A stretch of 63,947 nucleotides of DNA, counting the filler, from Malassezia furfur (taxonomy: Eukaryota): the NCBI GenBank assembly GCA_052055015.1. It is 6 parts of 6 records of this genome, joined end to end, with 100 filler letters (N's around TTAATTAATTAA, not from the genome) between each part and the next. Parts side by side here need not be neighbours in the genome. Positions count along the whole stretch, not along the records: positions 54,373 to 63,947 come from JBQJIT010000417.1; 5 more parts are not named here. One strand, 5' to 3'. Positions 54,474 through 63,947 of the stretch are shown here, in pieces. The stretch's first letter is position 1; the number at the start of each line of letters is the position of its first letter. The position numbers and the translations under genes were made by a program. A model generated the notes under the pieces. The model did not search any database, had not been told where the DNA came from, and worked only from the letters and a program-made list of their open reading frames with translations.

Positions 54474-57050
54474 CTACTTGGCCGTAAAGAACCACGTACC
54501 GGTGGGCTTGGGCGGCGAGGCGGCACGCGCCGGTTGCGCGCCCGTATGCGCCGGCGGCGCTCCGCCGCCGCGCAGCGGCTTGGCGATGCGCCCAAACGGC
54601 AATGGCTCGCTCTCGCTCAGCGGCGCGGCGGCCGGCGCGGCGATCGGCGCGCGCCCGGCGTACAGCTCATCCTCGAGCTGCTGCACACGCTCGTTGCGCG
54701 CCGCAAGCCGGCGCTCGGCCGCACCAAGCTCGCTCTTCAGCGCACTGTTCTGCTCGACGAGCCGGCGCTGCACGTTGCTGAGCTGCTCGAGGTGCCGTTC
54801 CAGCACGCCCATTTTTTTCTGCTGCGTCTTGAGCGCGAGGTTGTGCAGCACGACATGGTACTGGTCCTGCATCTCCTCGAGCGTCATCTCCATCGAGACG
54901 ACCTTTTCGCTGCGCTCGCGCAGGCCCTGCATGAGCTGCTGCTTCATCCGCTCGTACTCCTGCAGCCGCATCGTGACGAGCTCGCGCGCCTTCTCCATCT
55001 GCGACGAGGCGTCCACGAGGCGCTGCACCACCGCAGGGTCGACGTTGCCCTGCGCCACGAGCGAGTCAGTCAGCAGCCGCATCGCGTGCCGCTGCTCCTC
55101 GTGCGAGGTGCGCAGGTCGTCGAGCGAGCGCGAAAGCGTGTCGGTCTCTTCGGAGCGGATCGCAAGCAGCTGCTCAAGGTGCATCACCTCCGTCGAGGTG
55201 TTGAGCTGTGTCGTGGCCGTGTGCTCCTCGAGCAGCTGGCGCAGCGACGCCAACTCACTGCCCGTCTCGTCGCCGAGACGGAACCCGTGCTCGAGCGCGC
55301 CGATGTGGTCCTTGATCAGGTCGTAGCGCTGCTGCAGCGCCGCGTACTGGTCGCTCAGCGCGGCCTTTTGCTGCTGCACCACCGTCGTCTCTTGAGCGGC
55401 GATGCGCGCGGATTGCGTCTGCTGCGCGAGCGCCGCGTGCTCCTCGACAATCTTCTCGCGCAGCAGCGCCAAGTCGGCCTGCTGCTCGGCGTGGCCGTGC
55501 GCGGCCAGGCGCGCCACCGCGTCTAGCATCGCATCGACGCCGGGCCGGTGCTCGAGCGCAAGGTCCGCAAGCATCGCCTCGAGCCGCTCGGCGTGCTCGA
55601 CCGAGGCCCGCGACTGCGCCGCCGCCGCCGCGTGCGCGTCGAGCTCGGCGCGCGCCGCATCGCGTTGGGCCGCCGCATCGTCCCGCGCACACACCAGCTC
55701 GTCGACGCGCAGGCGCAGCGCACTGTGCTCGGCCTCGGCCGCACGTGCCTGGGCGGTGGCCGCCGTGGCCTGCTGCCGCGCCTCGGCGAGCTCGGCACGC
55801 AGCGCGGCGAGCTGCGCATCGTGCTCATCCTCGCGCACGGGCGACGCCGCGCGCGTCGGCGATGCACCGCGCACCGGCGACGCGGCGCGCAGCTTGCCCC
55901 ACCGGCTCTCGGGCACGGTGCGCCCCGCGCGCCACTCGTCGAGCTCGGCCTGCAGCGCGTCGGCGTGTGCGCGGTACGTCGCGGCCTGCGCGGACGCCTT
56001 GCGCAGGAGCGCACGCAGCTCCTCGGGCGCGAGCTCGGCGTTGACGCGCGCGTTGTTCTGGATCGACTTGGCCCGCACGCCGAACCGCAGCGTCGACAGC
56101 GTCTCGTCCGCATTGTAGGCCGTGGGCGAGCAGTTCACGATGAGCGTCGTGCGCGAGTTGCCGCCGAGCGACTCTTGCAGGATGCGCGTGAGCTTCGAGT
56201 CGCGGTACGGCACGTGCGACGACTTGCCGTCGGTGAGCGCATTGATCACCATGCCGAGCGCGCTCAGGCTGCGGTTGATCTTCTTGGCCTCCTCGAGCGT
56301 CTGACCGCTCGCGCCCGTCTTGCCGACCTTTTCGGAGCCGGCCAAGTCCACGAGGTACAGCGCGCCGCTTTTGGCCGCGCCGGTTTCGGTGCTGCGCTGT
56401 TGGATGGTGAAGACCAGGATGCTGTGCGAGCGCGACGACTCGGTGTTCATGCGCGTCGATGCGACCGCGCGGTTGACACCGCCCTGGTGCAGGATCTGAA
56501 ACACCTCGTGCGCACTGCTCACGTAGTACTCCGACAGGCCCTGCACATACACACCGCGCGTGCGGTCCTCGTGCACCTGCAGGTTGTCGCGCTCGGGCAC
56601 GAGCAGGTCGCGCACACGCTCCATATAGATCTCCATGTACGACACCTTGACCAGGTACTCGACCGTCGGCGGGCTGTGCACGATCGCATGGAAGATTTGG
56701 TCGGCGATGCGCGGCGTAATGCCGCGCAGCTCGTCGTCGGCGAGGTCGGGGCCCATCATCGTGTGCGTCTTGCCCGAGCCCGTCTGGCCGTACGCAAAGA
56801 TGGTGCCGTTGTACCCCTGCAGCACGTCGTCCACCGTCTGCTTGATCCCATACTCAAACACGTCCACCTGGCGCGCGGTGCTCGGAAAGACGCGGTCAAA
56901 CGTAAAGGTGCCGGCCGCCTCGGCGAGGCGCGGCAGGCGCACGGTCTGCAGGTCGTCGATCGCCACGACGACCTCGCCATCGCGCTCCGCGCCGCCCGCC
57001 GGCACGCTCGGCGGGCGGAAGCGCGCGACCACCTTGACGTTCGCGGCCAT
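54474..57050 (-). CDS. Kinesin-1 (conventional kinesin heavy chain)
   Basis: NVKVVARFRP, YGQTGSGKT, SSRSH, LVDLAGSEKVGKTGASGQTLEEAKKIN and tail GRIAKPLRGGG (IAK motif). Confidence 0.95.
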   Translation of the reverse strand: MAANVKVVARFRPPSVPAGGAERDGEVVVAIDDLQTVRLPRLAEAAGTFTFDRVFPSTARQVDVFEYGIKQTVDDVLQGYNGTIFAYGQTGSGKTHTMMGPDLADDELRGITPRIADQIFHAIVHSPPTVEYLVKVSYMEIYMERVRDLLVPERDNLQVHEDRTRGVYVQGLSEYYVSSAHEVFQILHQGGVNRAVASTRMNTESSRSHSILVFTIQQRSTETGAAKSGALYLVDLAGSEKVGKTGASGQTLEEAKKINRSLSALGMVINALTDGKSSHVPYRDSKLTRILQESLGGNSRTTLIVNCSPTAYNADETLSTLRFGVRAKSIQNNARVNAELAPEELRALLRKASAQAATYRAHADALQAELDEWRAGRTVPESRWGKLRAASPVRGASPTRAASPVREDEHDAQLAALRAELAEARQQATAATAQARAAEAEHSALRLRVDELVCARDDAAAQRDAARAELDAHAAAAAQSRASVEHAERLEAMLADLALEHRPGVDAMLDAVARLAAHGHAEQQADLALLREKIVEEHAALAQQTQSARIAAQETTVVQQQKAALSDQYAALQQRYDLIKDHIGALEHGFRLGDETGSELASLRQLLEEHTATTQLNTSTEVMHLEQLLAIRSEETDTLSRSLDDLRTSHEEQRHAMRLLTDSLVAQGNVDPAVVQRLVDASSQMEKARELVTMRLQEYERMKQQLMQGLRERSEKVVSMEMTLEEMQDQYHVVLHNLALKTQQKKMGVLERHLEQLSNVQRRLVEQNSALKSELGAAERRLAARNERVQQLEDELYAGRAPIAAPAAAPLSESEPLPFGRIAKPLRGGGAPPAHTGAQPARAASPPKPTGTWFFTAK

Positions 57051-57101
57051 GGCCCCCAGCAACCCCCCGCGCGGCGCTGACTAAGCTTGTTCGCGACGGC
57101 G

Positions 57102-58000
57102 ATGGCCTCGACGACGTACGAAGCGCGCGCGGCCCGGCACCCGAACGCGTGTGCCAAGCAGCTGCTTACCACCCTCGTCGAGAAGCAGTCGAACCTGTGC
57201 GTGAGCGTGGACGTGACCCGCAAGGAAGACCTTCTCGAGATCGTCGACACCGTCGGTCCGTTCGTCGCCCTCGTCAAGACCCACATCGACATCGTCGAAG
57301 ACTTTGACTGGGACCTCATCGAGCAGCTCTCGGCGCTGAGCATCAAGCACAAGTTCCTCATCTTTGAGGACCGCAAGTTTGCCGACATCGGTACGTCGCC
57401 CGTCCTCGCCTTGCTCACCCAGGAAACACGGTCAGCCTGCAGTACGCGGCCGGTGTGCACCGCATCGCCCACTGGTCGCACCTCACCAACGCGCACCTGA
57501 TCCCGGGACCGGGCATCATCTCGGGCCTTGCGTCGGTCGGCACGCCGCTGCAGCGCGGCCTCTTGCTTCTGGCCGAAATGAGCACCAAGGGCAGCCTCAC
57601 CACCGGTGCTTACACCACCGCCAACGTCCAGGCAGCGATGCAGGACGAGTCCGACTTTGTGATGGGCTTCATTGCGATGCACCGCGTGCACGAGGACCCG
57701 GCGCACATCCCCCCGGGTGCGACGCCCGCCCAGCGCGCCAAGGACCTGCTCGTCCTCACGCCGGGCGTCGGCCTCGACACCAAGGGCGACGGCAAGGGAC
57801 AGCAGTACCGCACGCCGCACGAGGTCATCCACGACAGCGGCTGCGACGTGATCATCGTCGGGCGCGGCATCTACAGCGCGATGCTCGCCAAGGACATTGA
57901 GCGCGAGGAGGCGCTCGTCCAGGTGCGCTCGCAGGCGCAGCGCTACCGCGACGCGGGCTGGCAGGCGTACCTCGCGCGCATCGGCGCACAACGTACGTAG
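57102..58000 (+). CDS. URA3: Orotidine-5'-phosphate decarboxylase (intron 57391-57422)
   Basis: [40 protein letters not shown]...GQQYRTP, IIVGRGI. Confidence 0.97.
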
Positions 58001-58027
58001 ACGCTAGTCGCAACCTCTGACCCGCAG

Positions 58028-59224
58028 CTCGGCGCCGCTCGGCGCGCCACGCGACCCAGGCGCCGCCCCTCGCGCCCGCGCCCCAGACGCCCACGCGCGG
58101 TGTGCACACGCGCGCGCAGCGCTCGCCGCCCTCGCCAGAGGTCAAGCCGGAGCCCAAGGTGGAAGAGGAGCTCGACGTGCTCAAGGAGACCACCGTCGAG
58201 GTCGACGTCGGCGCAGCCTCGCGCGACTCGCCGCGAAAGAAGATCAAGATGGAGCTCACCGAGGACGAGAAACGCAAGGTCAAGGTGCCGAAGCACTGGC
58301 GCGAGGTGTACGCGCTGCTCTCTCAGCAGCGCGACGAGATCATCACCCCGGTCGACACTATGGGCTGTGAGGAAAACGGCCAAGAAGACCGCCGCGCGGA
58401 CCGCGGGCGCGTCGGCGCGGACGGACAGCGCGAGTCGGACGAGGAGATGGCGCGCCGCCTGCGCTTCACGACCCTCGTTAGCCTGATGCTCAGCTCGCAG
58501 ACCAAGGACCCCGTCACGGCCGACGCGGTGCACAAGCTGCAGACGCGCCTGCCCAACGGCCTGTGCCTTGCGTCGCTGCTCGACACGCCCGACGACGTGA
58601 TCCAAGAGTGCATCGCCAAGGTCGGCTTCTTCCGCCGCAAGACCGAGTATTTGCGCCGCGCCGCCGAGATCCTCCGCGACCGCTTCGACGGCGATGTGCC
58701 CCGCACGATCGACGACTTATGCTCCCTGCCGGGCGTCGGGCCCAAGATGGCGTTCCTGCAGATGCAGAGCATGGGGCTGAACGTCGGCATCGGTGTCGAC
58801 ACGCATGTGCACCGCATCTCGAACCGCCTGGGATGGTGCAAGACCAAGACGCCGGAGCAGACACGGCTGGCGCTCCAGAGCTGGCTCCCGGTCGACGTAC
58901 GTGCCCCGCTCACACAGCTCCATCGCGTCATCAACAAGCAGATGGTCGGGTTTGGACAGGTGATCTGCGTGCCGGTCGGGCCGCGCTGCGAGTAGGTCGC
59001 CACACTGACACAGCCTGTGCGCCATTGGCAAGGCACGCCGGTGCCCGTCGTATCGCAAAGTCGACGAAAAGTCGCGCACAAAACGTGTACCTATCTACTA
59101 CAAGGACGGCACCGTCGATGCAGGGTACGGCCGCATCCCGGTCGCCAAGCAGGAGGCCATCAATGCGCTCTCCGACGAGGACCAGAAAATAGAGGCCGCG
59201 GCGCAGGACGCCCTGGCGTGGTAG
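58028..59224 (+). CDS. NTH1: Endonuclease III-like DNA glycosylase/AP lyase (introns 58897-58917, 58992-59013); 5' end is a splice acceptor
   Basis: PVDTMGC, LMLSSQTKD, HhH motif LPGVGPKMA, VDTHVHRISNRLGW and Fe-S motif CVPVGPRCDLCAIGKARRCPS after splicing. Confidence 0.92.
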
Positions 59225-59275
59225 GGTGTGGAGGCCGGCACTTTTTTTTGGCCCACGCGAGGATCGGCGACTACG

Positions 59276-61067
59276 ATGCAGCCCGGCGCACGTCCGCCCC
59301 GCCGCCCACACGAGCGCCGCGCACCAAAGCGCCCAGAGGCAGAGGCCCAGACCGACGACCACGCCAATGCCGAGACACAGCCCGAGGCCCACGACGGCGC
59401 GGACAACGTGCTGAACCGCGCAGCGCTGTCGCTCGCAGGCCATGCGCTGCCGCCGCGCAAGGCGACGGCCAAGACGCTCGCCCAGTTTGCGCAGCTGCGC
59501 CGCCTCGACCTGTCAGATATGAAGCCATCGGACGAGTCGCCGGAGGGGCTGACCGACCTGCGCATGCTCACGCAGGCCGCCTCGCTCTCCAAGAAGCACG
59601 CCAAAAAGACACAGACCACGCCGCTCACGCAGCGGCTCACGTGGCTCAACCTGTCAAACAACGCGGCGCTCGGCCGCGACGACGACGCGCTGGACGGCAT
59701 CGAGCTCCTGACGGCGCTCAACGGTACGTGCTCTGCCTCACCCAGTCTTGAACGCGTCGCACTGTGCGCTGCGCACCTTCCCGGCCGGCATCGCGGCGCT
59801 GGAGCAGCTCAAGGCACTCGTTTTTTCGCACAACCACATCGCGCAACTGCCGCCCGTCTTTCCCCACCTCGCGGAGCTCAACACCCTCGTGCTGTCGCAC
59901 AACGAGCTCGTACACCTCCCCAAGACGCTGCCTGCGTCGCTGCCCAACCTCAAGAAACTCAGCCTGAGCCACAACCAGCTTACCAATGGCGAGACGCTGC
60001 CCGACTTTAGCGTCTGTGCGCACCTGCGCGAGGTGCGCCTGAGTGGCAACGCCTCGCTCGCACGGCTTCCCGAGCACATCCAGCGCTGGGGCCGCGGCGT
60101 CGACGGCGGCGCGCCGGGCCTCGTCCTGTTGGACGTCGGCGATTGTGGCCTGGAAGACTGGGCGAGCATTGCGCCGCTTTTGGCGCACAGCGACTCGCGG
60201 CACAAGGGGCTTGTAAACCTGTGCCTCAAGGGCAACGGCGTCGCGGCGCGCGACGACTACGAAGAGCGTGTCCGTGCCGCATGCCCTAGCCTGCTGGTCC
60301 TCGACAATGTGCGCCTGCGCCCGAAAAAGACGGAGAAACCGGCCAACGAGCCGCGGGCATCGTCGCCCGCGCCGGACGAGGCTAAGGCGGCGCCCGAGCC
60401 CTCGACGCCGGTCCCCAAGGAGAGCGCGCCACGGCCCAAGGCCAAGCGCGCTTCCAGGGACGAGGGGCGCACCGGCGACACTCCGAAATCCGCGCCCGCG
60501 TCCCGGAAACGCGAGCGCGAAGAGAGCGGGGGCCACGAGGATGCCCCCACGCGCCCCGAGCACCCGCCCGAGGAGCGCGAGAAAAAGGCGCGGAAGCGGA
60601 GCGGCCGCGGCCCCAAGAAGCCCAAGGCGGTGGATAGTGAGCAGGCACGCCTGCTGGCACGGGCGGGCCCGGCGCCGGGCGACGTCGAGGACCTCGACGA
60701 CGAGCCGAGCGTGTCGCGGTACGATGGCGCCTCTGACGAGGATGCACGGCTCCGTGCGCGCGCGGGACCGCCGCCGGAGGAGGATGCGTCGGCGGCGCCG
60801 CCCGCGTCCGGCCGCACGAAAAAGACGCGCCGGAAAAAGAGCCACCGGCCGGTCGAGCTGACCATGGACATGGCGGCAGAGCCGGCCACGGCGCCCGAGA
60901 CCTCGGCGGCCCCTACACCTCCATCGCCGCCGTCGCTGCCGTCGCCGCCGGCACCCAAGGACACGGCGGCCGACACGGGCGTGGTCGACATTGTGCAGGT
61001 GCGCAAGCCGCCGCGCTCGGCGCCGCTCGATCTGGGCCGCCGCGACGAGGATCTAGGGGGTTGGTAG
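59276..61067 (+). CDS. Leucine-rich repeat protein with basic/charged disordered tail (intron 59724-59745)
   Basis: Repeated LxxLxLSxN units and a K/R-rich C-terminal half. Confidence 0.85.
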
Positions 61068-62618
61068 CTATACAGACTTGGTCTTTTCCTCGAACGGGTC
61101 CATCCAGTACGTCCAGGAGAGCCGCAGCCAGACCCACACGACGCCCGCCGCACAGTACACGCTCGTGACCATCAGGGGAAGGAACGCCGTGCGGGCGCTG
61201 GCGAGGTGCGGCGCGTACGCCGTAGCGGCCGGCCACACAACGTTGGTGAGCACGGCGAGCACCGCGAGGCCTTGCAAGTACTTGGACTCGAGAAAGTGCA
61301 CAATTACCCCGACGTTGCTCGACATCGGCCGGAGGATGCGCCGGCGCAGCGCATGGCCCACCACAAAGAACCACAGCGCGCTGTAGGCCAGCTTCACCGG
61401 CGTCTCGAGCGGGCGGTGGAGCAGCGGGAAGAGCGACACGATCGCAACGGCCGAGAGCAGCTCCCACGCACGGAAGTAGTCATAGCTGTACGACGTCACC
61501 AGACTGAGCGGCACCACGGCCAGCAGGATCGCCTTTTCGTGCACGTGCCAGCCGATGGCAAACGACGTGAGCGCACACAGCGTCACGCACAGCACCAGCG
61601 CGCGGTACGTCGGGCGCTGCCACAGCCGCACGGCATACACCGCGGTGCCGATGAGCGCCAAAACAAAGCACGTCGCAGGGCGCACGTCGGGCAGCACGCC
61701 AAACACCGTGTCGCCCACGATGCCGCGCGACGCCGACGGCAGTGACCGCCCCTCGAGCGCCAGCAGCACGCGGTCGGCCGCCGTGTACAAAGCCCAGACG
61801 TTCGGCGCCCAGTACGCGTGGATCAGGCCACGGTGGAAGGGGAAGAGACGCGCATACAGCGCCTCGAGTACGCGCCGTGCGCCCGGGCCGTGCCGCGCGT
61901 CGAGCGCCAGCGGCGCGACGCTCGCGACAAACGGCCCGAGCGTCGCGACGGCGAGCCGCGCGGTGCGTCCGAGCGCCGCGCGGAGCTGTGCGCCATTGGC
62001 GGGCACCGCGGGGAAGAGGTACGCGCAGAAGAGGTACACGGCCCATGCCGGGGCCACGTACAGGTAAATGTGCTTCAGGTTGAGCAGCGACGCAAACAGC
62101 GCCGCACACAGCAGCGGACGCTGCACACGCGCGGCGTACAGCGACCAGAGCATCACGCCGAACAGCACGCCGTTGTACTGGAAGTGGATGTGGTCGACGA
62201 TCAGCAGGCCCGGGTGCAGCAGCACGCTCCACAGCAGGATCCGGTCGGATTCGGAATGCGGGTTACACTGCGCGTGGGCATACAGCGCCGCGGCGAGCAC
62301 GAGCTCGGTGACGAGCACGGTCGCGCGCATGTACGCCTTGCACGACCACGCTTCGTAGTTGAGTGCGTGCAGGTCGACGATCCGCGCGTCGATCCACGCC
62401 GCGGGCTGGGCCAGCAGCCAGGAGAGGTACGCAAAGAACGGCGGGTAGTCGAGCGTCCACTCGGACGTGGTGTCCAAGTACCACGCGCGCAGCGGCAGCT
62501 GGTACGTCACCGCAAGCCAGTTGCGGTGCACCTCCATGTCCGTCGAATGGTACGCGGGCCACAGCAGGAGCTTGGTGAGCGTGCCGAGCACCCCGGCCGT
62601 GATGCCAGGCGCGTCCAT
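61068..62618 (-). CDS. ALG8: Dol-P-Glc alpha-1,3-glucosyltransferase
   Basis: YHSTDMEVHRNWLA, SEWTLDYPPFFAY, DHIHFQYNG, RLFPFHRGLIHAYWAPNVW, GWHVHEKAIL. Confidence 0.95.
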   Translation of the reverse strand: MDAPGITAGVLGTLTKLLLWPAYHSTDMEVHRNWLAVTYQLPLRAWYLDTTSEWTLDYPPFFAYLSWLLAQPAAWIDARIVDLHALNYEAWSCKAYMRATVLVTELVLAAALYAHAQCNPHSESDRILLWSVLLHPGLLIVDHIHFQYNGVLFGVMLWSLYAARVQRPLLCAALFASLLNLKHIYLYVAPAWAVYLFCAYLFPAVPANGAQLRAALGRTARLAVATLGPFVASVAPLALDARHGPGARRVLEALYARLFPFHRGLIHAYWAPNVWALYTAADRVLLALEGRSLPSASRGIVGDTVFGVLPDVRPATCFVLALIGTAVYAVRLWQRPTYRALVLCVTLCALTSFAIGWHVHEKAILLAVVPLSLVTSYSYDYFRAWELLSAVAIVSLFPLLHRPLETPVKLAYSALWFFVVGHALRRRILRPMSSNVGVIVHFLESKYLQGLAVLAVLTNVVWPAATAYAPHLASARTAFLPLMVTSVYCAAGVVWVWLRLSWTYWMDPFEEKTKSV

Positions 62619-62653
62619 GGTGGAAGCGGCTCGTGCGTTGTCGGCCGAAGTTG

Positions 62654-63238
62654 ATGGTGCGCCACGATTATTACCAGACGGACGCGCAGCTGACGCTCAC
62701 CGTGTACGCCAAGGCGCAGGCACAGGACAAGGTGGACGTGCGTGTGCACGGCAACGAGGTGCGTCCGGCACGACTCACGCAGCTGCTCGTGCGCCTCACC
62801 GACGGCACCGAGCTCCGCTTCGCGCTGTACGCACCGGTCCACCCCGCGCCGGCCGTGCACGTCTTCTCCACGAAGCTCGAGATTGTCTTGACCAAGGCCG
62901 CGCCAGGCACCTGGCCGGCGCTCGAGGGGACGGGGGCGGCGGCGCCCGTGCCCACGGCGCCCGCTCCGGCGGCCGCGCCCAGAGCCGCGCCCCGCGCGCG
63001 CTCCAAGTGGGACGCGCTCGAGGTCGAGGAAGAGGCGCCGGCGGGCGCCGACGCGGAGCTCAACGCCTTCTTCAAGAAGCTCTACGCGGACGCCGATGAC
63101 GACACGCGGCGCGCGATGATGAAGAGTTTCCAAGAGTCGAACGGCACTGCGCTCAGCACCAACTGGGCCGAGGTCAGCAAGAAAAAGACCGAGACGCGCG
63201 CGCCCGCGGGCATGGTCGCGAAGAACTACGAGGCGTAG
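62654..63238 (+). CDS. SGT1: Sgt1 co-chaperone, CS + SGS domains (probable in-frame intron 62759-62782)
   Basis: RHDYYQT...TVYAK and LNAFFKKLYADADDDTRRAMMKSFQESNGTALSTNW. Confidence 0.92.
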   Translation: MVRHDYYQTDAQLTLTVYAKAQAQDKVDVRVHGNEVRPARLTQLLVRLTDGTELRFALYAPVHPAPAVHVFSTKLEIVLTKAAPGTWPALEGTGAAAPVPTAPAPAAAPRAAPRARSKWDALEVEEEAPAGADAELNAFFKKLYADADDDTRRAMMKSFQESNGTALSTNWAEVSKKKTETRAPAGMVAKNYEA

Positions 63239-63341
63239 GTAGCGAGGCAGGGCACACAGCGCGTCGCACAGCGGCGCTATAGCGACACGGCCCGCAGGGC
63301 CGCCGGCCGCCCCTCGGCTGGTTCGTATGCATTTTGTCTAC

Positions 63342-63947
63342 CTACTCGTCCTGCGGCGTGTACGACGGCCAGCCCTTGGTGGGGGGCGTGAGCGTCGGCG
63401 CACGCAGCTCGCGCGGGAAGAGCGTCGGGAGCCGCGTCTGCGCCATGAGCCGCGCGCGCCGCTTGGCGACGGTGCGCGAGCCGGGCGCCTCGCCCTCGGC
63501 CGCGTTGCCCTGCTGCGCGAGGCCGAGCTTCTTGAGGCGCTCCTGCTCCTCGACGTTGCGCTTCGTCGGCGCGCTGTACTGCGCGGCCTGCTTGAAGAGC
63601 GCCGCGTCCTCGCTGCGCAGGTCACGCACCGCCTCGTCGAGCAGCGCGCGCTTCTTGTTCAGCTGCGCGGCAAACTGCTCGCGCTTGCGGCGCTCGTGCA
63701 AGTACCACGCGCGGCGGATCGTCTCGTACACCTCGCGGCTCGCCTCGCCCGCGCCGATCGCGCCCGCGAGCGTCGTGGGCGCCGTGTTCTTCTTGCCCTT
63801 GGCGGGCGGCGGCGGGAAGATGATCTGCCGCAGCGTCTCGTAGCGCGGGTCGGACGCGTTCTGCGCCCCGGCCGGCGCCGCCGCACGGCGCACGGCGCTC
63901 GTGGAGTACATGCGCGCCGAGCGCGCGCGCGGGGCAGGCGCGCATGT
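63342..63947 (-). CDS. Mitochondrial ribosomal protein mL40 (5' end probably beyond window)
   Basis: ETIRRAW.L..R..RE and LFPRELRAPTLTPP..GW. Frame is open to the window edge. Confidence 0.75.
   Translation of the reverse strand, partial: TCAPAPRARSARMYSTSAVRRAAAPAGAQNASDPRYETLRQIIFPPPPAKGKKNTAPTTLAGAIGAGEASREVYETIRRAWYLHERRKREQFAAQLNKKRALLDEAVRDLRSEDAALFKQAAQYSAPTKRNVEEQERLKKLGLAQQGNAAEGEAPGSRTVAKRRARLMAQTRLPTLFPRELRAPTLTPPTKGWPSYTPQDE

Noticed and set aside
59221..59276. Possible NTH1-to-LRR splice extension (GTAGGG at the NTH1 stop)
   Set aside because: Weak donor, no clear branch point or acceptor nearby, and the LRR gene has its own ATG.

Overview
This is GC-rich, extremely gene-dense fungal DNA with tiny spliceosomal introns. 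It looks like a basidiomycete yeast of the genus Malassezia, probably M. furfur-like (inferred from compactness, gene content and a TTAGGA telomere; not verified). It is not one locus. Six unrelated contigs are joined by 100-nt artificial spacers (44 N + TTAATTAATTAA + 44 N), and the four complete contigs decrease in length (10848, 10778, 10692, 10684 bp), so adjacency across spacers means nothing. About 38 protein genes can be supported, mostly housekeeping: SWR1, ATP15, ARL5-like, MFAP1, SCC3, an E2, THG1, PEX12, UBP14, PCC1, SEN15, APS1, GUP1, ARG2, ROT1, MRP21, DAD4, acid sphingomyelinase, DBP10, PPG1, kinesin-1, URA3, NTH1, ALG8, SGT1 and mL40. Many are invisible to the ORF track because they are split by 21-39 nt introns. 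Highlights: (1) the URA3 stop codon sits inside a canonical intron whose removal fuses OMP decarboxylase in frame to an endonuclease III ORF that has no N-terminal ATG of its own; (2) a telomere-adjacent cluster of a DHA1 MFS transporter, 2-oxoacid decarboxylase, TauD dioxygenase and two aldo-keto reductases; (3) ultra-short introns down to 21 nt and a 3-nt micro-exon; (4) abutting or overlapping convergent stop codons and divergent gene pairs only 26-101 bp apart. All gene models and family calls come from manual reading and motif recognition, not database searches.
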